From contig QPGO01000031.1 in NCBI GenBank assembly GCA_008632985.1, forward strand, positions 186,001-250,000: 64,000 bases of DNA, in the 5' to 3' direction. Below are positions 23,101-35,755 of this stretch, in pieces. The translations under genes and the position numbers were made by a program. A model generated the notes under the pieces. That model worked only from the letters and a program-made list of their open reading frames with translations. It made no database searches and had not been told where the DNA came from. This DNA is from Psammoneis japonica. Its lineage: Eukaryota. Numbering within the stretch: the first letter of the stretch is position 1; every line of letters starts with the position of its first letter.

Positions 23101-24214
23101 ATCGGGTCCAATTTTGCAAAACAAAGCAATAGGATCTGACGTTTCTACCGAACACCTGGCGGTAAAGGAAAAATGGAGCTTTGGTCAACTTCGTCCGCCA
23201 ACACCAGTAGATCCTTCCATTGCTGACAAAGATTCCGTCGAAGAAAAAGGGAGCGAACCAAGAGACGACAAAGGTACTACCCACGCAGGTATGCCAAAAC
23301 TAGAAGAATGCTCGGAATCAGTAATGATGGATATTCAGAGAGCAACGTCTGGCGAACAAGATTCAACAAGCTGGGTGGAGGTGTCAGAAGCTGGCGATGC
23401 CTCAGGATTCGACACCGTTCGCACTCCTGAAGGTTCAACACACGAGAGCAAAATTGATGGCGACGTCTCGGATACCTCAACATCTGAGTCACGTAGTGCC
23501 GTTCAATCAAACCAAACGTCTACGCACGACTGCAGTAGAGCAAGTGGCGGAGAAGAGGATAGCGCAGGTCTCGTTGTAAAGAGTTCAACGGCGGCACGTT
23601 CAAATACTATGGGTGGAACTATGTACCCGGCAAGAACTGTCCAACAACCGCGACTAGATTCAGAGGACGAAAGTAGCTGTATGAATCTGAATGAGTTTAT
23701 CAATCAGAACCACAATGGTTCGGTTTCCGACTACGGTTCAACATTTGCTGTCGGCAGTTCTCAACCCGATCGTAACTCTGGTGCTGTATCCGCATCCTCT
23801 GAGTACACAGGTGAAGCGGCCAGCGACACCTCATCAAGTTACGAGCGGTATGCGGAAGAAACCGTGTTGACGGACGTATCAAAAATGGATATGCGTTCGT
23901 TGACAACAGATACCCTGGGGGAAACGAGTAGCAGCAGTCCCTTCAGCCCCGCTGAATCATCAAGTAGATTCACAAGCTCTGAATGCAAAGGCGATTCAAC
24001 GAGTGAAGCTCATACCATAGAATCATTGCCAAACGATGAAAAGGCCACCGTTTCAGAGTCAGTTTGTGAGACAGCTGATACTCACTCAATGTACTCCATG
24101 GACGACGCTTCACGTGCAAGTGCTGTTAGTATGGACAGCACTGCTAGTTTGGTTGCAAGGCTATGTAAACTCGAACAGCAGATACGAAAAGGGAAGTTGA
24201 CCTCCAGGCTCTGA
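17164..24214 (+). CDS. Very large Ser/Asp/Glu-rich protein with ankyrin-like LP(L/F)H repeats and a conserved central domain; broken into 5 ORFs by apparent indels
   Basis: Consecutive same-strand ORFs 17095-18006, 18117-21329, 21152-22543, 22563-22898, 22823-24214; GRLPFHAAC, GDLPLHLLA, LPLHIAA..LLLESYPEAA; FPTNFVIMPY..YLYFLDE..GYPIEI..LLPLM..YAGL. Confidence 0.6.
22701..22800 (+). repeat. 51-bp coding tandem repeat (x2)
   Basis: ctcc(a/g)ggaaacaaggaatgatatt(g/a)cagtgcaaga(a/g)gca at 22701 and 22752. Confidence 0.9.
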
Positions 24215-24502
24215 AGCTTGACGTACACGAATTTGAAATGCACATCGCAGTGGAATCGTTCGATGAGGATGGAGACGATAGCTACGTGGAGACACCGAAA
24301 CGGTAGACGACGCGTCAAGCGAACGGGACGTTGTTGATCTCGAGACAAAAATAATTGAAATGGTGGCATCGCTCTGATTGGGGGGAACGAAAACACTGTA
24401 AGGGAAAAATGTAACGCATAGTTACACGTATAAGTAGTAGAAATAGCCCAGCCGATACAGCCCAACTCACCCGTTCGTGTTCAGTAGGGCGCAGCGCCAT
24501 TT

Positions 24503-26573
24503 CTATGCCGCTTCCGTTTGATTAGAAATTAGCTTTTGAACCGCTTCGAGCGCCGATTTCCACTTTGCGCGGCACGTGCGGCTCCATCCTCCACGGTTTT
24601 CTCGAGCAACAATAGTGTTGATGCGCTCCTCGCAGTCACAGGAATGGGGATCACCATCACAGTGTTCCGTACCAGCCTGGATTCGCATTCGAATCGCCTT
24701 GCTGGAATCTATAGGTAGACTCCTCCGCATCATTCTCACGACATCCAATTCAGTAAGATTGGCATGCTTACAAATCACCGTGGCAGCCATTTTGGCCTCT
24801 TCTATACCATCCGCAGTAGAGTTCATGAGTGCGCCTTGACTTGGACATCCCTTTGGGAATATAATGGGGGCACGGTCCGGAGTAAAGCTGGCATTTCGCG
24901 GCGTCCCAAGGCCAGCGTTACGTAGCATTTGTACAACTTCTAGAGCAATGGCCGGGCAACCAGCAATGCAATCAATACCGGCAACGTTAATGAGCTCTGG
25001 GTTCTTGGTCGACGCTTCAATGATCCAGTCACCGCGGTCGCTTGTATCGTGCGCCCCCCAAAAGGCATGGCAAATCTCGTCGGGATCGAGAGACGGTACA
25101 AGCGCCTTGCCTTTAGCCAATAATTCTTCTCGAACAGAGTCCGATGAAGTGTCTTCTGGCTTAATGGTGCTGCGAGCTTCAAGACTAAGTATACGATTTC
25201 CCTCCAGTGACGTTTGCAAACATGCACCCTGACCAAGGAGGATTCAGATTCAGGACACGAGAACAGTGTGTGCGAGACCTGGTCATCCTGCGTAGAGACG
25301 TGGCATAAAGAGTTAACAACAACGTCATACCACGAACCACTTATGCAATGTTATTCGTTCTTACCCGGTTTTGACTAAACACGAGATAGTTTCGAAGGCA
25401 ACTATCGATGGAGAAGCTGTCGTCGCCCACCATTGCGCAACCTTAGCTGAAGCACCACCGCACAGTTGATAACATATGTGGCCCTGACCACCTCTTTTGA
25501 AACCGTCACGGCCTTGTCGTTCGTATTCGACGATGCAAGCGGCAGTTTAGTCTTTTGAAGAGATCTCAAGACAACAAGAGCCCTCCAACCACCACTGCAT
25601 ATGATACCAATGCACTGTTGCGACGAGTGTCCTTGTCCAAGGACTTATCTAGTGCCATGTATGTGCCCATTGTCACCATGATGAGGGATGAAAAGCAAAT
25701 CATAACCATGAATCGTATAGCAGATGCACGTCTCTTCATTGCATCCGCGTATTCCTTGGGTTCCCAGTGCTCAAGTTCCACCTCAAAATAATCACGCTTG
25801 TTTTCCATCTTGTTGACCTTACGACGAATACGCAGCTCGACACCATTGTCAACAGCGTTCTCTGCTAGAGCAATTGTGAATTGATCGGGGTTTACAGTTC
25901 CTGTATCGGGTGAATGGAGCGCGGCCACAGCATTTGGGTTGACTCGAGGTTCCATTTCCCGTAGTTCATCCTGGCTAACAATTCGAAGCTTCTGCACGCC
26001 ATTGGTTTCAGCTCGTTTCTTCAGTTCGTGCAACGTCTTGACCTGTTCCTTGTTCATGGCAATGACAAGGCTACCATTGAGTTTGTAGCCAAATCTCAAT
26101 TCTCTGTCAACACCTGGGAACATTTGATTTCCTACCCAGCAATACTTTGCACGGTTTGTTCCCGGTTTTTCACTGTAACCAGTATGCACAATACCTAGAT
26201 TTCCTGTATTGCTAGTATTTCCCCCAGTTACATCACTTGCATCTTCGATCCACAGAACAGAAAGCGAATACCGACTGAGCTCTCGAGCAATCGCTGCACC
26301 AACACAACCAGCTCCTACAATCAACACGTCGTATTCTCGTCGCCTTGTTGCGTTGCGACTCTTGGAACGAGGACACGCCATTAGGGTGGGACTTGTGCTC
26401 CACTTTTCTGTATTGCTATACTCTCCATGACACTCGCCAAGGTCTAACCACTTGCCTCCATAGTAAACTCCATTCACACCGTGTTGTTGTTGTGCTGAAT
26501 TCGTGTCATTGGCATGATTTTCTCGTTCCGTACTTTTTATCGGTACTTGGCGTTGTCGCTTTGCTCTTCGCAT
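24503..26573 (-). CDS. FAD-dependent oxidoreductase (DAO/GlpA-LhgO-like) with degenerate C-terminal BFD-like domain; intron(s) and indels
   Basis: YDVLIVGAGCVGAAIARELS, GIVHTGY, ALHSPDTGTVNP..TIALAENAVDNGV, YVINCA, RGDWIIE, NVAGID, VICK..TE..AG..HC.G. Confidence 0.75.
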
Positions 26574-26858
26574 AGCTTGATCTCTTGGATTATTTTTTAC
26601 ACTGTATCGTTGCTGTCACAGCCGCATCATCTACTTCACGGGCGAACGGCAGCTGGGACGTGGGAGTTCATTGTTGTTCGTTGAAGCGCAAAATTTGATG
26701 GATCTATGCCTTATATTATATTCCTGTTAACATATAATTTGAATACTACGTCACGCAACTGTCGGCGGCAGTTTTTGAGATTTCGAAAATTTGCCCCGTC
26801 GTCGTTTTGAGAGAACAACCACAACTTTATTCTGTTGTTGCGAGAAGTTCCATCCACC

Positions 26859-27758
26859 ATGACGTCTTGGCCGTGGATGAAAGGTGTCGAAGTTGCCATT
26901 GCTGACCCCATTCCTCCAGTTCACGACCGTGATGACCGTCCCGCCATTCAAGATTTGATTGAACAGCACCGCAAAGCCATTGACGAGGTCAAGGCAGCAC
27001 TGACCGCCGACGAAAACTACGACGCAACCAAGCACGATGATTTATGGATCTTGCGTTTCTTAAAGAGCCACAAGCTGAAAATCAAGCCGTCCGTCAAGGC
27101 TGCGAAAGAAACATTGCTTTTTCGAAAAGAACACAAGCTTGATGAAAAAGATATTCGATACCATCCCTTTGCAAAAGACTGTCCTTCCGACGCTGTGAAA
27201 CGATACCTTGAACACTGTCCCGAAGAAGCACTCCGGTTGATCATTCCGGATCCAAAGCAGGGTGTGATTGGAATCATTACAATGGCTCTCATGGACCAGC
27301 ACGCATTGGTGAAAAACGTTTCGGAAGATGACTGGCTTCCTGTTTTCACGTACGTTTCCGAGAGGACGCATCAGTGGGTCGACTATATTTCCCGCACCAC
27401 GGGCCGATTGACCAAAAGCATTCGCCTTGGTGACATGGAAGGGATGAAGTTATCATCCGTCAGCAACGAGATGAACAAACGCGATTCCAGGGCCATGGGG
27501 AAAATGGAAAACTTGTACCCGCAAATGCTCCAACAATTGTTTGTGTGTCATCCTCCCGCGTGGATTCAGATTCCATGGCGAATTCTCCGCCCCGTATTTC
27601 CAAAGCGTTTGGTGGAAAAGATTGACTTTGTGAATCCCGCTCACAATGAAAAGGAGAAGAAGCGAATACTAAAGTACATTTCAGAAGAGAACTTGCCGAC
27701 CCGCTTTGGAGGAAAGCATGATGGGCCCGTTGACTTTCCACTTCCCCAGACCAGTTAG
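26859..27758 (+). CDS. CRAL-TRIO/Sec14-like lipid-binding protein
   Basis: DDLWILRFLKS, DMEGMKLS, YPQMLQQLFVCHPPAW..WRILRP, ISEENLPTRFGG. Confidence 0.85.
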   Translation: MTSWPWMKGVEVAIADPIPPVHDRDDRPAIQDLIEQHRKAIDEVKAALTADENYDATKHDDLWILRFLKSHKLKIKPSVKAAKETLLFRKEHKLDEKDIRYHPFAKDCPSDAVKRYLEHCPEEALRLIIPDPKQGVIGIITMALMDQHALVKNVSEDDWLPVFTYVSERTHQWVDYISRTTGRLTKSIRLGDMEGMKLSSVSNEMNKRDSRAMGKMENLYPQMLQQLFVCHPPAWIQIPWRILRPVFPKRLVEKIDFVNPAHNEKEKKRILKYISEENLPTRFGGKHDGPVDFPLPQTS

Positions 27759-28307
27759 ATGAATATTAATTTATAGTATCACTAGTAGCAAAGGTGATGT
27801 GGGTTTTTGCACCGCCAGTTTGCGTTCGAAACAAGATGGTTGTGCCTGTCCCTTGTTGCATAGTTTTCTTGCTCCATTTTACAAAGTTATCTTCATGTTG
27901 AGCAAATCTACGTTAGGATTGTACTTTTCCTGTCGCATCCATGGCGCTAGAGAGTATAATAGAGCCAAGCACAAAAAATCCTCGACATGGACACTACAGT
28001 ATGAACAACTCAAGAAAAGTGGTAGTCTAGCCCTAACCTTGCTCGTTGCGCTAACTCGCCTCGCGCGGGATCACACCGGCTCAGAAATTGAAATGAGGGA
28101 ATCTCAACTGAAGGAATCTTTATGTCGATTTTTTGCCTCCCGTCAGCTATTTTTTTCGATTTTTTGCAACGTCGGCGGGTGCTTTGGCTTTTCGCTTTTC
28201 GCGCCCACAAAAATCCACACAATACACTCATGTTTTATTGCGAAGAGAGGCAGAGTGTTGCTCTTCTTCCTATCCAGTCAGTCCACATTGCTTCATCATT
28301 ATCATTC

Positions 28308-29540
28308 ATGTCTTCTAGTAACAATAATTCGACATTAATTGCTGCTACAGTGGCTGCGTTTTGCGCTGGTGGTCTCGCCGCGGCAACATGGTTGAAAAAG
28401 TCGTCCAAAAAACAAGCCGCAACGTCATTTCCCGCGACACTAGGCAGCAAGGAGGAAGCACCCATTGTCTATCCGATCTATGATTACACGAACGATCCAA
28501 AGGGTTCCTTTTTAAAGGTAAACGACATGTTGATTGCGGAAATTTTAGAGGAGTTACCAAAAAACTACGATTGTCGAGAAATCGAGTATCTCAAGAAAAT
28601 GCTCAACTACACGGTCAAGGGTGGAAAGATGAATCGCGGACTCATGGTGGTAAATGCCGGTGTTAGTATTATGGGTCCAAACATGGACAACACGACCTTG
28701 TGTCGTTTGGCGGTATTGGGATGGACGATTGAATGGTTGCAAGCGTGGTTGCTCGTGGCGGACGACATTATGGATTCCAGTGTCACGCGTCGTGGACAGC
28801 CCTGTTGGTACAAGACCCTCGGCGATGCGTGGTACATTGCCATTAACGATGCCGTCACGATTGAATCGTTGGTTTACAAAACCATCAAGAGGCACTTTTC
28901 GTATGATTCGAAATTGTTGTTGCAATTGTTGGATTTAATGATGGAAACAACGCTTCAAACAGAACTCGGTCAGCTTTCGGATACACTCTGTGACGTGCTC
29001 GACTTGCCGGATCTAACACCGGATCGTTGGAATTTGATTGTCACGTATAAGACGGCATTCTACTCGTTTTACTTGAGTGTCGCCTTTGCCATGACTCTGG
29101 CGGGGATCCAGGACAAAGCGGCCTATGACAGTGCTCGCGAAATTCTCATTGAAATGGGTGTTTACTTTCAAGCCCAAGACGATTATTTGGATTGCTTTGC
29201 ACCCCCGGAGGTTCTGGGAAAGATTGGTACCGATATTGCCGATAAGAAGTGTGGATGGCTCTTTACCAAGGCCTATCACGAACTCGCCTCTCCCCAACAG
29301 CGAGAATATCTCGACAAGCATTATGGCAAGTGCAAAGTGGGATCTCCGGAAGAGAAAAAGATTAAAGAACTCTACACCGAATTGGGATTGGTTCAAATCT
29401 ACGAGGCCTATGAGCAAGCGTCGTATGACAAAATCATGGCCCTGAAGGAGAGCGAAGCAGGAGCCACACTTAAGGCTGCTGGCGTGCCTTGGCAAGTCTT
29501 TGAAACCTTTCTCCAGAAAGTCTACAAGCGATCTAAGTAA
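28308..29540 (+). CDS. FPPS: Farnesyl diphosphate synthase (trans-prenyltransferase)
   Basis: GGKMNRG, FARM LVADDIMDSSVTRRGQPCWY, TELGQ, YKTAFYSFY, SARM FQAQDDYLD, GKIGTDI. Confidence 0.95.
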   Translation: MSSSNNNSTLIAATVAAFCAGGLAAATWLKKSSKKQAATSFPATLGSKEEAPIVYPIYDYTNDPKGSFLKVNDMLIAEILEELPKNYDCREIEYLKKMLNYTVKGGKMNRGLMVVNAGVSIMGPNMDNTTLCRLAVLGWTIEWLQAWLLVADDIMDSSVTRRGQPCWYKTLGDAWYIAINDAVTIESLVYKTIKRHFSYDSKLLLQLLDLMMETTLQTELGQLSDTLCDVLDLPDLTPDRWNLIVTYKTAFYSFYLSVAFAMTLAGIQDKAAYDSAREILIEMGVYFQAQDDYLDCFAPPEVLGKIGTDIADKKCGWLFTKAYHELASPQQREYLDKHYGKCKVGSPEEKKIKELYTELGLVQIYEAYEQASYDKIMALKESEAGATLKAAGVPWQVFETFLQKVYKRSK

Positions 29541-29788
29541 GGGTAGAGAGATGGAGTGAAGCGAGCAAGCGAAGTGTGGTGTGCCGACCATCGCATATAA
29601 AGTACTAATTTGTTCAGTTAAGGAACGGGAGGTTAGAGCTTCTTTGATTTCGATTTGTTCCAACCAGTTCTATTTTGAACTTTTCCCCTCTCCGTCGGCT
29701 CTTTTAAGTCAATCACGGTGGGACGCACAAACCGCCATTTACCCCTTATAGTGCTACCCTGCCACGTTTACTCATACTTTTTACTTGT

Positions 29789-30788
29789 CTACACCTCTTC
29801 GACACCACTTGGAGATCCCATGGATACATTCTGATGAAAGTGCAAAAGCAGATTTGCTGCATCTGCATCCGGTTGAACTTGGTGTCTTCGTTTGCGCCCG
29901 ACACGGTGTTTCTTTCGTGATGCCTTTTTCGCAGGACGGGACCTCGCTTCAATTTGATTCATCATTGCATCCGTGTCGACTCCCGCTTCTTGCATCAATT
30001 GCTTGATAGTCGCAATCAACGAGAAATTAGGATGTGCTTTAGTTGCTGTCCTGATAGCAAGGTGGAGTATGGATTCGCCATCGTCGGTCGTTGCAAGGAG
30101 AGACTCTGGATTCGCCTCGAGGAGCATCTGCAACTTGGCCGGTGACACATGACGGCTACACGCAACGTGTATAGGTAGCCAACCATTGCGATCCCTCATT
30201 GCTGTCGCTCCTCGACCACGTTCGATAATGAACTTTGCAAAGTCTTTTGATGTGTAGTCCGTGAAAGCAATGTGTAGGGGCGTGCGTTTTGAAACACTGC
30301 CTTCAACGAGAAGAGAGTCTGGATAAGCTTCAATCATTGCAAAAGCCAAAAGCTCCTTGTTGGTAGTGTCCATTTTCATGTTGCGTTGTAAAATCACATG
30401 AAGTGGTAAAGAGCCATATCCGTTCTTTGCCGTGACGGCGGATGCGCCTGCAATCTCAAGGACACCGAGGGCAAGATTCTTTCGAGCCTCCATAGCTCCA
30501 TCCTTTGAGGAAATTACTTGATGTAATCTACGAGTGCGTAGGTGCAAAACGGCATGTATAAGAATACTCGGATGAAGGGCAGCGACATGTTCCGTCAAAG
30601 AGCGTATGGATCGTGGGTACTTACACTGTGGTAGTGACGTGGTTGGACATGCGCATAGGTGAAGTGGCAAGAACGTGATTACGTCGGATGCATTGCAAAA
30701 CACCCGACCAGTCGCATGCTTTGCATAGCTGCAACATTTTTTCAACATCTTCACTATGCTTGTCACAAGATGAATACATTTGATTCAT
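29789..30788 (-). CDS. Ankyrin-repeat protein (one intron, about 30529-30625)
   Basis: Exon 1 MNQMYSS..CDWSGVL..; GSLPLHVIL, RTPLHIAF, GWLPIHVAC..LLEANPES. Confidence 0.8.
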
Positions 30789-31389
30789 ATGTGGTGAGTT
30801 GGCGTTTGTTGTTTATATATTTTGCGGACGAAGCAACAAAGTTAGGGTATCGCTAGGGTGACCAACACTCTCCTTTTCACTTGAGGTGCTATGGAATTAT
30901 GCACGCTTTTCGCTGTCACCAATCGCGGAAAAAGTCAAATTTGAGTTCGTCACTAAACAATGTTTTGTCCCGTATGATTCCCCACGATTCATGCAATCCA
31001 ATAGGTGTACAAACTTCACCCTCTCTTTGACAATCAAACACACGTTTTCGGCTTGTCCCGCGTGAGTCGTTGCCTCTCTCACGACGTCAACGCCCGCCCA
31101 CGCCCATTGTCAACTCTTATTGTCACATGCTTCTACATAGTTGTCTCTCATACCAATTAGTCTTCCAAAGTATTGGTCAACCGAAAGAGCCACGCAAGAT
31201 ACACTTTCGCCCCGAAACACGACAGAGGTTTTGGAGTTTGGCGCGTTTTTCGAAACGCCACCCATCGGTCGTCAGTCACAGACGGGACTGAATGACCGCG
31301 CGTGGAGCGACCTTTTGGCTTTGGAGATTATCAAAAATTCTGCAGAACAATAAGGAAGAGCCACCTGGCATGCATCTGGCGGTGTAGCG

Positions 31390-34039
31390 ATGACGGGGAA
31401 AGATGATGCCGCCGCTGATTTTGACAAAGAAGCAAAAGGAGAGCTAACTATTCAAGCCGAGGAGGTTGCTCGACAAGCGCTAGAACGCGCCGGTTCGACG
31501 AAATCACAACAAGAGCCAAAAGCAGCTCTTTTTCCTATCGAGACCGAGAAGCTGCCCTCCGAGAAAGACCGTCAATGCATCTTGGGTTGCCTTGCTGTTG
31601 TCTTGGCAACAGGTGGAACCGCTCATTTTGTCAAAGAAGAAAAGAAACTGCAGAGTACCGGTACACCTTCTGTCAGTGGAGCCAACGATGTAGATTCTTT
31701 CCTGTTGGATGACGACTCGGTTATGCTGAATGAAACTGAAACTTCTTCGGAGAAAAGACAGAATGGGGAGACTGAAAATTCGACGATGGACTCGACGAAG
31801 AGTAGTCAGAGTACGTCGAGTAACATATCCAAAGATTCCCGAGAAAAGATCATCTCCACCTTTCGGAAAAGAGCTCTCGCCATGCGGAACAATATTCTAC
31901 GTATGTCCGTTGACGCACTTCTCATGGATGAAAGCGTGTATGCTAGCTTCCTTCCAATTTTATCGTTTCAATCCGATTCAAGCTCAAAAGAAGTTGGTGA
32001 GGGTGAAACCACAAAGGCCGAAATGTTGCGACCGTTTCTGGAGAATCTGTCTCCTGGTGCTGGGTTTGCCACCCTTGCGCTCTTGTTGATGAGGCATCTA
32101 CTGACTTGTGCCTCTGGTTATGACGCCCGTGTCCGAACGGCGTACCTGGAGACTGCCGCTGAAGTGCTTGCTTTTGAATTTACACGGGAGAATGACAATG
32201 AACAACGTACAGGGGAGCTGCACTCGTCGAATCCTGAATATTATTCAGAGGCGCATCTCAAATTCGAGGCGTTGGAGGCGGCGGTGGCACAGTACTTGAT
32301 CGTCATGGCCAAGGAGCAAAACGAACGCGAAAAGCGCTCCTCAAAACAACAAAAGCAGAGAACCAGGAAAGAATCATTCATTCGAGCTGCAAAGATTGGA
32401 GGAGCTGGTGTAGCCGCAGGCGCTCTCTTTGCTGTAACGGGAGGACTAGCTGCCCCTGCAATCGCTGCTGGAGTCGGCGCAGTCACTGCGGGTACAGCAG
32501 TGGCAGGATCGGCCGCGGTCGTCGCTCTGTCATCTAGTGCCGCTGTAACGACGTTGTTTGGAGTTGGTGGAGGGTTGATGGCTGCCAATAAGATGCAGCG
32601 ACGCGTCACTGGATTGACGGACTTTACAATTGTGCAGGAAAAGGAAGAACGCGATTTGCACGCAACCATTTGTGTATCTGGGTGGTTACGAGACAAGCTT
32701 GATTTTCAGCGTCCATGGGGGGTCACACCAACACAACTGACCGACCCAGTAGAACTTCTTAAAGATTCTACGCTGTTTTCAGGCCTGATTATGTCAAAAA
32801 GGTTCCAGATATTCTTAAAGAGTGGAGCGGAAGGGAAAAGGAACTTTGGTCCATACTAGAAGACAAGTACGGTCGATCACCAGATGCGTTGCTTCCCATT
32901 TATGGCCCGGTCTATAATGCTGCGCTTTCGTCCAAAGAAACGGATATATTGGCCGATCTTCTCAACGCTCTTGGCTATATGAAGGACCGTTTAATGATGC
33001 ATCGCAATGAGCAACCTCCAGCAATACCAGCTTCCTACTTGTTACCTGAAGATGAAGTCAACGAGAACCAGGTTTCCACGTTGCCAAGCGCTAGTGAAAG
33101 TGAAACGAAACGCAGGTTGGAGTATGGTGATGGTTATTCGGTGTGGGACTTCAGTGCAGAGTTTGGCGGCGAACAATACACAATTGAATGGGAGGGAGAT
33201 TTATTGTTGCATATGTCGGATGCCGCCCGAAAGTTTGCAAAGAAGTTCTTGGCAAAATACGCCACTGCAGAGGTTATCAAGCACACGACATTGCAGGCTC
33301 TCATGAGTGCAGTTGCTCTTCCAGCAGCGCTTCTGTCGGCGGCATCCTACATGGACAGCGATTGGACACTCGCAACGGAACGGGCTGACGAAGCGGGAGT
33401 AGAGCTGGCAAATGTTTTGGTTGATGAACACTCTGGTGATCGACCAGTAACCTTGGTGGGATTCAGTCTTGGGGCACGCGTTGTTTACAGCTGCTTAAAG
33501 CAACTTGGTAAGCTTCAAATCGAATGGGAGAAGGACCGAATGAAACAAAAAACGACAGACTCACGGAAGAGCAAGCAATCAAAGTCGGGCAAAAAGGGCA
33601 GGACGAGCAAACCGCTTTGCAGCCCATTCGGGAGCCTGCTAGTATTGTGGGCGATGCGGTACTGTTGGGTCTACCTTATCACAAGAATACAGCCAGCTGG
33701 GATATCTGTAGACAGGTTGTGGCCGGTCGTCTTGTGAACTGCTACGTCCCCAAAGATCTAGTTCTCCTATACCTGTTTAACGTGCGCCGACTCTCGAGCA
33801 AAGTTCTCAAGCCGGTTTGCGGCATGTCACCAGTAAATGTTTCAGGGGTCGAAAACTACAATGTCGAAGAAATTGTTACTTGGCACGGTGATTACTGTGG
33901 GTCCGTGCAACAGATTCTGGAACTCATCAAGCATGGACAGCCAAGAAACATGCGATCTCACAATGCCCCTATTTCGTCAGTTGAAGCAGTGAGCATGGAA
34001 AAAGACGCTGTTGCCGCCAACAGTGAAACATGTGGTTAA
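31390..34039 (+). CDS. DUF726 / TMCO4-like alpha/beta-hydrolase membrane protein (two apparent indels)
   Basis: GYDARVR, GALFAVTGGLAAPAIAAG, CVSGWL, RADEAG..LA, RPVTLVGFSLGARVVYSCL, VVAGRLVNCY...D. Confidence 0.85.
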
Positions 34040-34059
34040 CAATTAGAATATGACTGTGT

Positions 34060-35700
34060 TGATTCACGAGCAGTTTTGCAAAACGCGTCTCTGGCAGATT
34101 TCTGCAAAGTCCTGTGTTGATTTGTGAGCCGTTTCGGCCAAGCACAGTTCCGTAAACATTGTCACTTCAGCAATTCATGAATTGTGTATCCCGTGCCATC
34201 AAATGTCACAGTGAATCAGCTCTGCCAATGGGGTTTCAGTCATGATCACATTGTTCAGCACACAATCTCCTGTTAAGTCCATTCCTCTCCACATCCTTTA
34301 GATCTGTGGGCATGTGAATTCTGGAATGATTGCTGCCCAGTGTCTGACACCCTGCAATGACTTCTTGTTGACGGCAATGCAACCTTTGCAGCTCCATCAC
34401 AGAAGAATGTTGCAGCAAGACATGCTTTCACCTTGTTGACAGGGTTGACAACAACAACAGAGCACAAGAGGAGAGGACAGATGACATTTGGGTTGACAAA
34501 GACACACTTGCAAGTGTTCAAATGTGGCTTCCCAAAACCATTTTGTGGTGGACAACTGGACTTGCCACATGTTTGCACCAAGGCATTGCAGTCCTCTCCC
34601 CCCCCCCCTCCCATGTGGATTTCAGGTGCAATCTTTCAGGGCGTTGGCTGAGTGGCTGCTCACACACTTTGCACCAACCACATGCACAAAAAAAATGATT
34701 GTTCTTGAGATGAGGCAAACTGGTGCATGCTTCTCCAATGAGCTTGGCAATGCAGCAGCAACCCCCATGTGCTGAGGACTCCATTGGCTGCAACAAATGA
34801 CTCTCTCCAATGCCTGAAACTTGTTGCCATGCACCTGATGACCAGCAGTGAACTTTTCCAGCCATCACACAATGTGGCATCAATGTCTTTCAGAGTGCAG
34901 TGGTTTAGGGTGCCCTCTGTGCATTGCCAGTGCCTCCAGCAAATTCCACAAGCCTGTGCTGCACCAGCAGCACATCCACTGCATTTGGCACATTGTCTCT
35001 GGCGAAGCTCCGTTGCCAAAATCTCTGTTGGGTCAATTTGTGACTCCAACCTTCTTTGCAGCACTGCATTTGCACAAGGTGAATTCTCAGATGCACACCT
35101 CCCAGGCAAGCCCCCCCCATTGTCCAGACATCCTTCAGATCTTGTCACAAGGCTCGTTGCCTGGCTCCCCCCCCCCCATCACTGCAGTGTGCTGCTTTTC
35201 CTCAACACGTCGCTGCTGATGCTGGGAGAGCACTGTCAGTGTGCACCATGTGATCTCTCCAGCAACTTGGAGCTTGAGATTTCTCTGCTTCACATTGGGT
35301 TTGATGTTTCTGTTCTGTGCTGTTTTCAACACAATTAAACCACAACACAAAAAGGGGCGCCAGCCCAACAGTGCCAGTGTTTGACCGTTGCATCTCATTG
35401 AGGACACACAAGCAACAATCGAAAGTCTTTGGCACATTGTGCAGATTGCATGTGATGCAAGCATGGCAGGCAATTGCCAATGGCAATGGAGATCATGGTT
35501 TTTCCATGTTGTGATAGCCTTTGCAGCGTCCCGTTGTGCATTTCCAATTTGTTTGTCGGAGGGCGTGACCGGAAGAGTTGCTCTGCGAAGATAGCCGCAC
35601 AAAACAAGCCACCGCGCTGCACGCATGCACCCACACGCGCTCACACGCACCGCACGCACCCGGCCGACCCAGCGGCTGTCGACATTCTCTGTCGTTTGTT
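34060..35700. other. TpA/CpG-depleted hypermutated island 2
   Basis: Only 4 TpA in 34200-35580 (ttaa, ttag, ttag, ttaa); CpG rare in the core and retained at the edges. Confidence 0.85.
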
Positions 35701-35755
35701 ACATGCAGTTGCAAGTTGAAAGTGCAAGTGGACTAAAGACAGAATCTGAGAAACC

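Noticed and set aside
34060..34219. tgattcac..gtgaatca as a TIR pair
   Set aside because: Only 8 bp, no TSD, and it does not bracket the island.
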